From: Lachnospiraceae bacterium
Lineage (GTDB): Bacteria; Bacillota; Clostridia; Lachnospirales; Lachnospiraceae
Assembly: GCA_024693135.1 (NCBI GenBank)
Contig: JAILLN010000032.1
Coordinates: forward strand, 732-64,731
Direction of reading: 5' to 3'
DNA length: 64,000 bases
Position 1 is the first letter of the stretch. Every line of letters begins with the position of its first letter. This document shows positions 1 to 9,685 of the stretch, in pieces. The position numbers and the translations under genes were made by a program. Under the pieces are notes generated by a model that worked only from the letters and a program-made list of their open reading frames with translations, ran no database searches and was not told the origin of the DNA.

Positions 1-3000
1 CTTCACCCCGTCTGCGGACAAGGCCAGGATCCCTGCCTTATCCCCTTTGATGGTGAGCATTCCCTTTCCGTCTGCCACAAGGTTATCCTTGGTAAGGAGC
101 AGCTGCCTGCTCTCGATCCCCAGCTTATCGTACTGGACCAGCCTCACGACAGGAACCGCTGAAGCGCTATACGCATCTCCTACGATGGCATAAACCCTGC
201 AGGCATGATCCGCAGCATTGTCTGATATGCCATTCTCCGAAAGCATCAGGATCTCTCCGCCCTGCTTCGCAAGGTCATACTGCAGGATATCAAAGTTAAT
301 GGTCAGCGAACCTGAGTAAGGAGAACCCTTGCCCGGCTTCACGACGATGACTCCTTTGCCCTTTCCGGCACCCTTGTTGTTCCGGACAGTAAATACCAGG
401 TTGCAGCTTGCCGTCTTCTCCGACAGGTCGATCTCTCCATCCCGGGAAGGATCATACCCATCATGAACCCGGATGACCGGTGCCGTGCCGTTTGCATTGG
501 CCACGGCCGGCTCCATCACATTGATCCAAAGGCTGCCACGGTTTGTGGATACCGCATCCTTTAAGGGCAGCTTCTTTCTCGTAAAGGTAAACTTCACCGA
601 GGATCCGGCATAGGCTCCGCAGCCTGCCACCTTCACCGTATACTTCCCGGGGTTGCTGTTTTCTGTAAGGACCGAAGCATTGGCCACTTCATAATCCACC
701 CCGTCCTTCAGGCTGGGGTCCTTGCTTTGCAGCGTGAACTGATTATCAAGCCCGTTGTAGCTTAAGGTAGCCTTATCGCCATTTCCGGCGCCGTCGCAGC
801 TTAAGGTAAAGTTCGCTTTCTTGAGCTTCAGGCCGGAGGTTACCTTGAATGTGAAATCCTTCGTTGCATAAATATCCAAATCCGTTGTCTGATCCTTCAT
901 GGTCCCGGCCGGTAAGGTACCCGTGACAATGACCCTCAGCTTCCATTTTCCGGGGGTATTTATGCTGCCCTGCTCCCGTCCGGAGGGATCATAAAGCGTG
1001 ATGTAGCTATACAGATCCTTCCCATCCGAGGTAACGGTCTTTGAAGCCTTCTTCCCGCTTGCATCCTTATACTGCAGATCCACGGTTATCTTGGAGGCAA
1101 GCTCATCTCCCGTGATCTCCTTCTTTGTCTGGGTCAGTTTCTTCATGTCCTCCGGGACCTTCAGGTTTACCAGGGACTTTTCGGGCAGCAGATTAGCCTT
1201 GTTTGTCACTAAGAACTGAGCCTCTGCTCCCGGCCAGGGATAAGGATAGGCTTCTCCCAGAGCCACCGATGTGCCCTGATAATTTCCGATGCCTTCTGCC
1301 ACGCAGAGATAATAGGTCTGCGTCTCGCCTTCCGCAGGCTTGAGTCCGTTTGCGGAAGCGGCAAGCCATTCGCCATAATCCGGCTCCTCTTCCTCGCCGG
1401 GGATCTCTTCCTCATCGCCCTCCGGGAAGCGGTAACGGTAGAATTTCAGCTGATAATCACCGGTGAGCTTGCCCTTCTTTGTCACAGCCTGCTTGAGCTT
1501 GCGCTTCACGATCTTTCCGGTGGCATCCTCAAATTCCCAGGTAACCACAGGCTTCAGGGAAATGGTCTTCCCCTCCTGGTAAGGATATGCCGCCTTGATC
1601 CCCGTGATGAGCGTAGAATCCTCCCCAAGCTCTGCCGGGGCTATGCCAAAGTACCTCTTTACCTTAAGGCCCTTATACTTCCCAAGGCCTGTCACCAGCA
1701 CATAAGGCTGCTTTCCGGAAGCCATCCCGTCAAAGGTGGCCGCCACGTTATTGTAATAGCTCAGCTTATAATCCACTCCCGGGGTCAGGTTCTTCCCGTC
1801 ATTGCGGACATCCAGGCTCAGGTCATAGGTATAGCCGCTCTTCTTCGCCTCGCCCGTATCCACCACATGCTTGTTGCCGTCATAAGCCGGCATAGAGCTG
1901 ATCTCTCCCACATAGATCCCGTTTTCGGTATCCGTGTAGCGGCTCTGCTCATCCTTTTCCTTGATCCGGTAGCTTACATAAAGGTTGCCCTCATAATTCC
2001 AGGTTCCGGTGATCCGCATGTATTTCATTCCGGGTTCCTTCAGATCCGCGGTCAGATACCGTACCTCATAGTCATTGGCCTCGTTCAGGGATACTCCCCT
2101 GTAATAAAGCAGCGGCTTCGGCCGGATCTCGCTTCCGGTATAATCATAAACCTCTTTGGGCTCTACGATCACCAGATCCGCCTTGTCGTATGCGTCCTCC
2201 AGGGAAAGCGGCTTGATCTCGTAAGGCATCGACTGTCCGGTCAGGAAGCTTACCGGCTCATTGTTCGAAAGACTCCAAAGATCCACCGTAAGATAAGCAT
2301 CTCCTGCATCCATTCCGGGCACATAGCCTTCATTATAGCTGTCCACGGAAACCGAGATCAGGACATTGTCCGCACTCACATTCTCATACTTATCCCAGGT
2401 CTTCAGCACCTTGTTGTCGCTTAATACCCGGAATTCAGGGATCTGCCACTCTCCGTTATAGGTCAGGGCATCCTCTCCTGTAAATTCGATCCGGTATTCC
2501 GCCTTCGGATCATCCGTCCACTGAGTCACGATAACGTTTGTGCTGACGGAAGCCCCGTAGTTCGTAGATACCGTGATTACCGCATTCCCCTCGCTGACGG
2601 CCTTAAAGCTTCCGCCGGTCAGGTTCTTCAGTATCCCCTCGTTGCTTGAAGTCCACTCCTTGATGGCATCATAGGTCCCATTCTTGGATACGGGCTCAAA
2701 GATCAGGCCCTTAGCCATATCGACCGTCTCGCCTACTTCCAGCTCCTGATTCTCATAGTCCGAATAAAACTCCAGATAGGACGTCTCAGGCTCCGGATCC
2801 GGAGTAACAACATCCATGGTATAGGCCTTGATGTCATAATCCAGGTCGGAACGGAAGCTGAGGCTGTTGGTGCTCACCAGGTCGTCAAAGGAATATCCGC
2901 TGGCCTTTTTATGATAATGCTCTGAGCCGATATAATACTTCCTTCCCTGATATGAGGTACGCCGTACCGCAAAGTAGGTATCCTCGGTAGCGATCTGCCT

Positions 3001-4824
3001 CATCACCATGCCCTTGCCCCGGTCGGTGTTCACATCCATTTCAAACATGACCAGATACTGCTGGCCTTTATCCAGTGCCACCGGAGTATCCAGCTGCAGG
3101 GTATGATAGCCGGCCTGAGGTATGATAAATTCCTTGTCTGTGACCTGACGATCCCAGTTGGGTTCCTTCAGGTCCTCTATTTTGATCTCCTGTTTATCCT
3201 GTTCATTTCCTGAAACCCGGGTATAGATGTTGACCTTGTATTTCATGGCCTGCTCCCGGGTAAAGATCCCCACCGCGCCCAGATTTTCTTTTTTCTGGGC
3301 CGTATAGAGGGCGCCGAAATGCTTTCCGTTTTCAAACCATTCCGCGGGGCTTCCGTAGCCGGTTTCGGTGTGATTATTATCCTGTACATTGATCCCGGCC
3401 CGGTTAAAGATCCCGTCATACTGGTATTCGTGATCAAAGAATTTTCCACCATCCTTTTCCTTGCTCACCACCTCATAGCCGGCAAAGCTGTTGTAGAGAT
3501 TGCGGAGGCTTCCGTCATAGTAGGAAACATAGAAGAAGCCGTTCTTTCCGGATTTTGTCCCCCAGCTGTTCTTGCAGATCCAGGCACCGTTCGCCGGAGG
3601 GGTAAATTCCTTCTCATCATAGTAAGACAGCTTATCATCTTTTCCGGAAGGATTCGCAAAGAGCTCCTTCGGCACATTATCATCCCATCCCACATAATTC
3701 ACAATATGGGTCGTGCCGCTTCTCCTGTTGGAAGCCTGGGTCTCATAGGGATCCCCGGGATGGTATACATAGGTCCGGCTCCGGTCAAAAAAGTCCGTAT
3801 TCATGGAGCCGGCCAGGGAGCCATAATCCCTTATGGCCTGCTTCATCTCATTCAGGGCACCGTCATCAACCTTTTTTACCATTGCCTTGAAGCCTTCCTC
3901 GGTGTTCTGCCTCTCCCCCCTCTTGTTCCTTAAGCCGTAGGGCAGGATATGGATCTGCTGCACCTGATACTCCGAATGATAGGGAACCGTGACTCCCTGG
4001 TCCGGAAGGGCCGGCTCGTCGGCCATCAGCTTTACCGTGCCGGAATTCTCATACTTCAGCTCATTTCTTGTATCCTCATCCACGAGCCCCCTGCCGGAAG
4101 CAAAGGCCTGGGCTGAAAGCCAGTTATTCCCGCCCCTTCGCAGATAGCCGTTTTCCTTTCCGGACCGGTTCGACTCCACCAGGGTATAATTCTGGTCATA
4201 GGAGGTTTTGGGGTCATTGATGAGCTCCACATAATCATTGTCGATCCATCCGCCATAGGAGCCCTCTGCCTGATGAAGGACCCAGTAGGCTCCAAATTTC
4301 TCGGAAAGATTCATATCTTCCACTTTGTAATCATTATATTTTTTGAGCAGATTGCTCTCCACCGCGGCCACAGCACCAAACATCCAGCAAAGGCCGGTGC
4401 AGCCCTGGCTTCTTACGAGCGAGACATTTTGCAGCTTGCTTACATCTGCAGGCATGGCCGCATTGTAGGATGCCGGAAGACTGTCTCCCACTGCCTCCAG
4501 CTCATCCATCTCCTCTGGGTGAGTGATGATCTCAAAGTCGTCGTCCAGGGCGCCTTCGCCGAATTCTTCCTCATCCCATCCGTCCAGATCCCCAGCCTCT
4601 CCGGCCGCCTCCTGGACCTCAGGAAGTACAAGAAGGTCTCCGGCTTCCTGGGCCAAAGGGCTCTCCAGGGGATTTCCGGCTTCCTGTGGCTGCTCCTGCG
4701 TAAGCACCTCCACCGGCCCTGCTTCGGAAAGCGGCGCGGCCGAGACCGGCAGCGCAGTGAAGAGCAGAGCCGCCGAAAGGCATAGAGCCAGCCTTTTCTT
4801 TACGAGTTTCCATCCTTTTTTCAT
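1..4824 (-). CDS. Large secreted papain-family (C1A) cysteine protease with lectin-like and Ig-like domains; 3'-partial, runs off the window (>1608 aa)
   Basis: Hand translation of sampled segments, all in one frame. Signal peptide MKKGWKLVKKRLALCLSAALLFTALPVSA after an AAGGAG RBS. Catalytic Cys motif VRSQGCTGLCWMFGAVAAVESN (~4350-4420), His motif THIVNYVGWDD, Asn motif GAWICKNSWG, lectin-like AGYHTLQLDTPVAL, Big_2-like WTSSNEGIL. Absent from the ORF track, consistent with no stop before position 1. Confidence 0.9.
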   Translation of the reverse strand, partial: MKKGWKLVKKRLALCLSAALLFTALPVSAAPLSEAGPVEVLTQEQPQEAGNPLESPLAQEAGDLLVLPEVQEAAGEAGDLDGWDEEEFGEGALDDDFEIITHPEEMDELEAVGDSLPASYNAAMPADVSKLQNVSLVRSQGCTGLCWMFGAVAAVESNLLKKYNDYKVEDMNLSEKFGAYWVLHQAEGSYGGWIDNDYVELINDPKTSYDQNYTLVESNRSGKENGYLRRGGNNWLSAQAFASGRGLVDEDTRNELKYENSGTVKLMADEPALPDQGVTVPYHSEYQVQQIHILPYGLRNKRGERQNTEEGFKAMVKKVDDGALNEMKQAIRDYGSLAGSMNTDFFDRSRTYVYHPGDPYETQASNRRSGTTHIVNYVGWDDNVPKELFANPSGKDDKLSYYDEKEFTPPANGAWICKNSWGTKSGKNGFFYVSYYDGSLRNLYNSFAGYEVVSKEKDGGKFFDHEYQYDGIFNRAGINVQDNNHTETGYGSPAEWFENGKHFGALYTAQKKENLGAVGIFTREQAMKYKVNIYTRVSGNEQDKQEIKIEDLKEPNWDRQVTDKEFIIPQAGYHTLQLDTPVALDKGQQYLVMFEMDVNTDRGKGMVMRQIATEDTYFAVRRTSYQGRKYYIGSEHYHKKASGYSFDDLVSTNSLSFRSDLDYDIKAYTMDVVTPDPEPETSYLEFYSDYENQELEVGETVDMAKGLIFEPVSKNGTYDAIKEWTSSNEGILKNLTGGSFKAVSEGNAVITVSTNYGASVSTNVIVTQWTDDPKAEYRIEFTGEDALTYNGEWQIPEFRVLSDNKVLKTWDKYENVSADNVLISVSVDSYNEGYVPGMDAGDAYLTVDLWSLSNNEPVSFLTGQSMPYEIKPLSLEDAYDKADLVIVEPKEVYDYTGSEIRPKPLLYYRGVSLNEANDYEVRYLTADLKEPGMKYMRITGTWNYEGNLYVSYRIKEKDEQSRYTDTENGIYVGEISSMPAYDGNKHVVDTGEAKKSGYTYDLSLDVRNDGKNLTPGVDYKLSYYNNVAATFDGMASGKQPYVLVTGLGKYKGLKVKRYFGIAPAELGEDSTLITGIKAAYPYQEGKTISLKPVVTWEFEDATGKIVKRKLKQAVTKKGKLTGDYQLKFYRYRFPEGDEEEIPGEEEEPDYGEWLAASANGLKPAEGETQTYYLCVAEGIGNYQGTSVALGEAYPYPWPGAEAQFLVTNKANLLPEKSLVNLKVPEDMKKLTQTKKEITGDELASKITVDLQYKDASGKKASKTVTSDGKDLYSYITLYDPSGREQGSINTPGKWKLRVIVTGTLPAGTMKDQTTDLDIYATKDFTFKVTSGLKLKKANFTLSCDGAGNGDKATLSYNGLDNQFTLQSKDPSLKDGVDYEVANASVLTENSNPGKYTVKVAGCGAYAGSSVKFTFTRKKLPLKDAVSTNRGSLWINVMEPAVANANGTAPVIRVHDGYDPSRDGEIDLSEKTASCNLVFTVRNNKGAGKGKGVIVVKPGKGSPYSGSLTINFDILQYDLAKQGGEILMLSENGISDNAADHACRVYAIVGDAYSASAVPVVRLVQYDKLGIESRQLLLTKDNLVADGKGMLTIKGDKAGILALSADGVK

Positions 4825-4920
4825 ACATTTCTCCTTTCTTTCCCTTTCTAAATCCCACTCCATTACGTTATCGTCCATTTGCTCCGATTTCTTTATCTCC
4901 TCCTTTCAGAATGCCCTGCA

Positions 4921-5714
4921 TCATTTTTTGAAGACCAGGGAGCCCAGGGTCTTTTCTGCCCAGGAATACTGGCTCATATATTCTCCCCGGAAGGCATTTA
5001 CCGCCGCCGGATTGCCATCGCGGTATGCATAATAATCACAGTCGATCTTTGAAGCATCGATGCCAAGCAATCCGTATTTCCGGATGATCACATCCTTACA
5101 GCCCTCTCCGGCAAAGGTTTTGATCAGTCGCTGATCAGATTCTGCAGATAAGACCGATGGTCGCCCGAACCATCCTTTTCCTCCCACAGATTCTCCTGCA
5201 GCTCGGCAATGCGGCATGTCCCGCCATGGTCGATCAGATATGCGCACAGCTCCCGGGTCTTGCTGTAATGAAAGAATACCGGCTTATCCTTGATAAATAC
5301 TTCAAATGAACCAAAGGTTCTCACCCGCACCCGCCTGCTTCCCCGGATTTCTGCCGGATAGCGCAGGTTTTCGATCTCGTTTAAGATCATATCCTCCGTG
5401 ATGGGCTTCAGGAGGTATCCGCTGACCCTCAGCTTGGTGAAGGCTTCCGCGATATATTCGTTGTAGCCGGTGGTAAAGATGATATTGGTCCTTGGTTCCA
5501 CCTGCTCCTTGATCTTTTTCGCAAGGGTCAGCCCGTCCATCCCCGGCATTTCGATGTCCAGGAATACGATATCCGGGCGCTCCTTCGCGGCGATCAAAAA
5601 CGCCTTTTCCGGATCCGGGGCGGAGTAAAGCTTCGCCTCCGGGATGGCAGACCGGATCGTCCGGCAAAGCCCCTCCAGGGCGATCTCCTCATTGTCTACT
5701 GCCAGTATCGTCAT
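4921..5714 (-). pseudogene. Response regulator (REC + SARP/BTAD-like output), frameshifted near 5128
   Basis: REC motifs (ILAVDNE, FLDIEMPGMDG, KP). The frame stops at ...NLISD*, and the expected C-terminus (LIKTF...IDCDYY...FRGEYMSQYSWAE) continues in another frame. One base is missing at GAC(C)TG. Confidence 0.75.
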
Positions 5715-5754
5715 TTCTCTTCTGCTCCGGGATCACAATGCATGCCTCCGTACC

Positions 5755-7008
5755 TTAGCCGGGCCGGCTCTTTATGGTAAGGCTCCCTTTGCAGAGCTCC
5801 TTAAGCCGGGCTGACGCGCTGTACAGGCCCACATGCTTTCTCCCGTCCTTTCCTTCCGTTATTGATGCGATGTCCGGACCGGCATCAAAGCCCGCCCCGG
5901 TATCCTTTACCATAATATGCCAGGCTCCCTCCGCCCGGTATGTGGAGATCAGAAGCCTCCCTCCGCCCGGCTTTTTTTCGATGCCGTGCCGGACGGCGTT
6001 TTCCACCACGGCCTGCAGGGCAAGGGGAGGAACCAGGAAATCCTTCTCCCGGATGTCATATTCGATCTCCAGCTGATCCGCAAACCGCAGCTTTTCGATC
6101 ATCAGGTAGTTTTCCACATGATTCAGCTCATCCTCAAAGGTAATGAGCTCATGACTGTCGATATCCACCAGGCTCTTTCTCAGATATTGCGAAAAAGCCA
6201 CGATGGCTTTCTTTGCCTGCTCCGCTGAGCTGTCGCACAGGGCATAGATGGTATTCAGCACATTGTAGATGAAATGTGGCTTCATCCGGCTTAAGAGCAG
6301 GTCTGTCTGCATCTTTGCCATTTCCGTCTGTTGCCGGCTGTACACGAGCTCCCTGGAGATCTGGATGAAATATTGAATGATGATGATCGAGATGGTGACC
6401 AGCAGGGGCATCAGGATAATGTCACTAAACACATATTTAAAGATCGATCCCAAAAGCGGAATGAAAACAAAGAGAGCAAAGCCGATCTTCTCGCCAAGGG
6501 TATAGATCCTCCTGTATCGGAAAAGGATAAGGATAGCGATCAGCCCTGCCACATAGCCTCCCACCTGTCCCGCCACATACAGAGGCCCGAAGGTCAGGGC
6601 AACTGCATTCTGTGTATAGATGATCCCCCAAAAATCCGAAACAAACCAAAATATGCCGTAGGCCAAAGCCACCGCCGCGCCGACGTAGGCGATGCCGTCC
6701 GCCCTGCCTTTCCCGCCCTTGGCATAGATATCCACATACAGCGTGAAGAGCCCCAGGACCATGAAATACGAAAAATCGCTTATCCCCGCAAACACCGCAT
6801 GCATCAACATTCCGGTCTCGTCCCCCAGGCGGATGAGCACATAATTATCCGCACTGCCGGCAAGGAGCATGACAATATCAAACCCAAGAAGGTCGTAGAA
6901 AAGCTTTCTGCAGCTGTCCATATGGTATTTCCCAAACAGGTTGCCCACCAGCATGATGACCATTACGATGGCGGCATATAATTGCAGGTAGGTGTTGATA
7001 TACGCCAT
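5755..7008 (-). CDS. LytS/YehU-type membrane sensor histidine kinase with a premature TAA in the last HATPase strand
   Basis: Several TM helices, KPHFIYNVLN H-box, PPLALQAVVENAVRHG N-box, DTGAGF. After KSRPG* the same frame reads GTEACIVIP, the usual PGxGT ending. Confidence 0.85.
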   Translation of the reverse strand: MAYINTYLQLYAAIVMVIMLVGNLFGKYHMDSCRKLFYDLLGFDIVMLLAGSADNYVLIRLGDETGMLMHAVFAGISDFSYFMVLGLFTLYVDIYAKGGKGRADGIAYVGAAVALAYGIFWFVSDFWGIIYTQNAVALTFGPLYVAGQVGGYVAGLIAILILFRYRRIYTLGEKIGFALFVFIPLLGSIFKYVFSDIILMPLLVTISIIIIQYFIQISRELVYSRQQTEMAKMQTDLLLSRMKPHFIYNVLNTIYALCDSSAEQAKKAIVAFSQYLRKSLVDIDSHELITFEDELNHVENYLMIEKLRFADQLEIEYDIREKDFLVPPLALQAVVENAVRHGIEKKPGGGRLLISTYRAEGAWHIMVKDTGAGFDAGPDIASITEGKDGRKHVGLYSASARLKELCKGSLTIKSRPG

Positions 7009-7046
7009 AAAAGCTCCTTCATGCCAAAAGGGCCGTCTCTCCTGTG

Positions 7047-8546
7047 CTATCGCCTCCGGTCGATCCCCCGCTCCTCATAGTACCTTTTTTTCTCCGCATA
7101 CATATCCGCATCCGCCAAATGCTCCAGGTCGTCCACAGAAGAGCCCGGCTGGTCACTGCAGGCGGCATAGCCGATGGACAGGGTGATCTCATCGGTATAG
7201 ATCCCATGCCATTCCTCCGTCTTCGCCTTGATCGAGCTGCGCAGGCCCTCCGGATCCTCTGTATGGACCACAGCCATGAACTCGTCTCCGCCGGTCCGGT
7301 ATACCTTCCCCTTCTTGCCGATGGACAGGGCCAGGCAGTCCGCCGCACCCTTGATCAGCTCATCCCCTGCCGCATGGCCCTTCGTGTCATTTACCGTTTT
7401 CAGCCCATTGACGTCAATGGAAAAAAGGACAAAATCCTCCGGCAGCTCTCCTTCCCGCAATTCCCTCAGATCCTCGTCATAGCACCTCCGGTTATAGAGC
7501 CTCGTCATCTCATCGGTCATGGAGATCCGGATCAAATGCTCTTCCCTCCTCTTTTCCTCATCCACATTTCTCGTGGTATAGATGACCATGTTGGGGATCC
7601 CGTCCGGAGTGGAATCCACCGCGATATACTGTGCCCTGAACCATCCCGCGACCACATCGATAAAGTCCGCACTCAGGATCTTCTTCTGGGCAAGCCTCAT
7701 CCTTACCGTCTTGATATTGGTATAGGTCATGAATTCATCCAGCATATCCGGCATGACATGGTTTTTCAGCTTCTGGTTCATGAGGGTATGGGTCTGGGAG
7801 GTCAGGTCGATGCCGTGCTTCTTCTGCTCTGTATCCCTAAGGGACATCTCCGTATTATTCACAAAGTCGATAAGATTCACATTGTCATAGATCTCTGCCA
7901 TGGAATCCAGGATATCCATCTTCTCCTCCATGCTTTTTTCCTGGTCCTTGATCATCTTGTACTGGTCAAAAAGCTCCTTAAAATATCCCACGGCCATTTT
8001 CCCGATGATATTTCCGGAAACGAACATGACGATGGATTCGATGGTAAAGCCGCTCATGGTATCCTTAAAGAAGCTGGCCGCGCTGTCATATTCCGGCCTC
8101 AGGGCGGCTTCATAGGGAGCGGTCAGCATGGTCGCCGTAAACATCAGGACATAATTCAGCCCGGAGGCATAGAAATACAGATGCTTGTCGCAGAATAAAA
8201 GGCTCAGCATCGGCACCAGAAACCAGGTCAGATAAATGCTTACATGAGAGCATGACATATATACCAGCAGGAGGTCCAGCGAAGTCAGCGCAAACACGCA
8301 GGTAAGGGTATTGCTCGGATACTTCTTGAACAGGACAAGATGGACTGCAGACATCGCCACCACGGTAAGGGAGATGCCGATGCAGGTGGCATAGGTTATA
8401 TCCCTGAAGATATGCCCCTTTATGCCTGAAGCTATGGCCGGACCGGTCAGCACAAAAAACCAAAGAACCTTATTCAGATATTCGTTGATCCGGATCCGGT
8501 TGTCTCTTAAAAAATCCTGATACTGCGTCGCTATGCCGCTCTCCAT
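7047..8546 (-). CDS. Membrane-bound diguanylate cyclase (GGDEF)
   Basis: N-terminal TM helices; DVNGLKTVND..GHAAGD and RTGGDEF motifs; GGAGG RBS before ATG at 8546. Confidence 0.9.
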   Translation of the reverse strand: MESGIATQYQDFLRDNRIRINEYLNKVLWFFVLTGPAIASGIKGHIFRDITYATCIGISLTVVAMSAVHLVLFKKYPSNTLTCVFALTSLDLLLVYMSCSHVSIYLTWFLVPMLSLLFCDKHLYFYASGLNYVLMFTATMLTAPYEAALRPEYDSAASFFKDTMSGFTIESIVMFVSGNIIGKMAVGYFKELFDQYKMIKDQEKSMEEKMDILDSMAEIYDNVNLIDFVNNTEMSLRDTEQKKHGIDLTSQTHTLMNQKLKNHVMPDMLDEFMTYTNIKTVRMRLAQKKILSADFIDVVAGWFRAQYIAVDSTPDGIPNMVIYTTRNVDEEKRREEHLIRISMTDEMTRLYNRRCYDEDLRELREGELPEDFVLFSIDVNGLKTVNDTKGHAAGDELIKGAADCLALSIGKKGKVYRTGGDEFMAVVHTEDPEGLRSSIKAKTEEWHGIYTDEITLSIGYAACSDQPGSSVDDLEHLADADMYAEKKRYYEERGIDRRR

Positions 8547-8639
8547 TTCGACCTCCGATATCGCCTGATGCGTTTTGTTTCTTCTCTCCATTATAATAAA
8601 GAGCCTCAAAAATATCATGTGTCCGGCAGAGAGCCTGCC

Positions 8640-8761
8640 TAAGCAAATACCCCGGCACACACATAAAACCGGGGCATCTGCATTAAGAAAGAAGAGAAAA
8701 ACTGGAAGCATCCAGCCGCTCAAGGAATGATCCTTCCCTGAAGCTACTGATTATGATTATA
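8640..8761 (-). ncRNA. Candidate small RNA or structured leader (extended -10, two hairpins, CU tract, terminator-like stem)
   Basis: TGATATAAT at 8764-8756 (-). Hairpins UCAGGGAA/UUCCUUGA and GGCUGGA/UCCAGUU, tract UUUCUCUUCUUUCUU, 13-bp stem 8643-8681. Confidence 0.3.
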
Positions 8762-8892
8762 TCACACAGAGTGTCACTTATTTATCACTTTGCGATGGAT
8801 CCCGGAGGATGCTTCCCGGGGACGTTCCCTTAAGGCGGAAGAAATATTCAGGCTTTCAAGTTTTTTTATCTTTCCGGGATCCTGTCGTTCCT

Positions 8893-9528
8893 TCAATCCT
8901 CCTTTTCGTCCCCTTCCGATCCGGAACAATAGGTCAATGATGCGCCTGCGCTGTACTTTTCCGAAAACTCTTTCTCCGCCCATGTCCAATAATAATTCAG
9001 CATATGGTCATCGCTTTCCGCAGTCTGATAGGTATACTGTCCTCCGTTTTCCCTCTGTGCCTGTATCTTGTATCTCCCGTCCCCGATCTCCTCGATGCGG
9101 ACGATCGGATCCGAGTGGTCCAGAATGAGTTCGTCATCCTTCTGGTGGAGATAATGGATCTCTGATTCGGTAAACTGTACATAATATTCAGGCTGTGTCG
9201 TCCCATAATACTCATAGCCCATAGAAGCTGTGACCCATGTCCCTTTAATGACGGGCCTTTCTTCGCTCCCGTCCGTCTCCGACTCGGTTTCGGCAGGTTC
9301 GGCTTCACTCCCGCCTGTTTCCGTTTCAGTTTCGGCAGGCACGGCTTCGCTCCCGCGCTCTTCCGACTCGGTTTCGGCAGGCCCCGCTTCGCTCCCGTCC
9401 GTTTCTCCGGCCAGAAAAATGGAGGTCGGTCCGTCTGCTCCGCCGATGATCTCCACGCCTTCTTCCTGTATTCCGCAGCCGGCAACGATCAGCGCGGCCG
9501 CTATAACGGCATAAGTTCCCTTCTTCAT
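8893..9528 (-). CDS. Acidic lipoprotein with IIGGADGPTSIFLA motif and repeat linker
   Basis: Lipobox IVAGC after MKK plus a hydrophobic stretch; AAAGGA RBS; repeat linker. Confidence 0.75.
   Translation of the reverse strand: MKKGTYAVIAAALIVAGCGIQEEGVEIIGGADGPTSIFLAGETDGSEAGPAETESEERGSEAVPAETETETGGSEAEPAETESETDGSEERPVIKGTWVTASMGYEYYGTTQPEYYVQFTESEIHYLHQKDDELILDHSDPIVRIEEIGDGRYKIQAQRENGGQYTYQTAESDDHMLNYYWTWAEKEFSEKYSAGASLTYCSGSEGDEKED
9263..9406. repeat. Intragenic 42-bp tandem repeat (~3.4 copies; 14-aa GSEAxPAETExE unit)
   Basis: Units such as tcgctcccgtccgtctccgactcggtttcggcaggttcggct recur with period 42. Confidence 0.85.
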
Positions 9529-9685
9529 GAATCGTTCCTTTCTTTCCGGCACGCAGCTCCCTCTTTCCGCATTGTCCGCTCAATCCATTGCAAAACCGCT
9601 TTTATTCCCGAATAACATAAGCAAACAGGTCCTTATTCCGATGTTTACAAAAGCAGTCCGATATGATCCACCGATCCCGCCATCC

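Noticed and set aside
8893-9528. Na+-translocating decarboxylase beta subunit
   Set aside because: Only a short motif matches; the protein is a soluble lipoprotein without the multiple TM helices.
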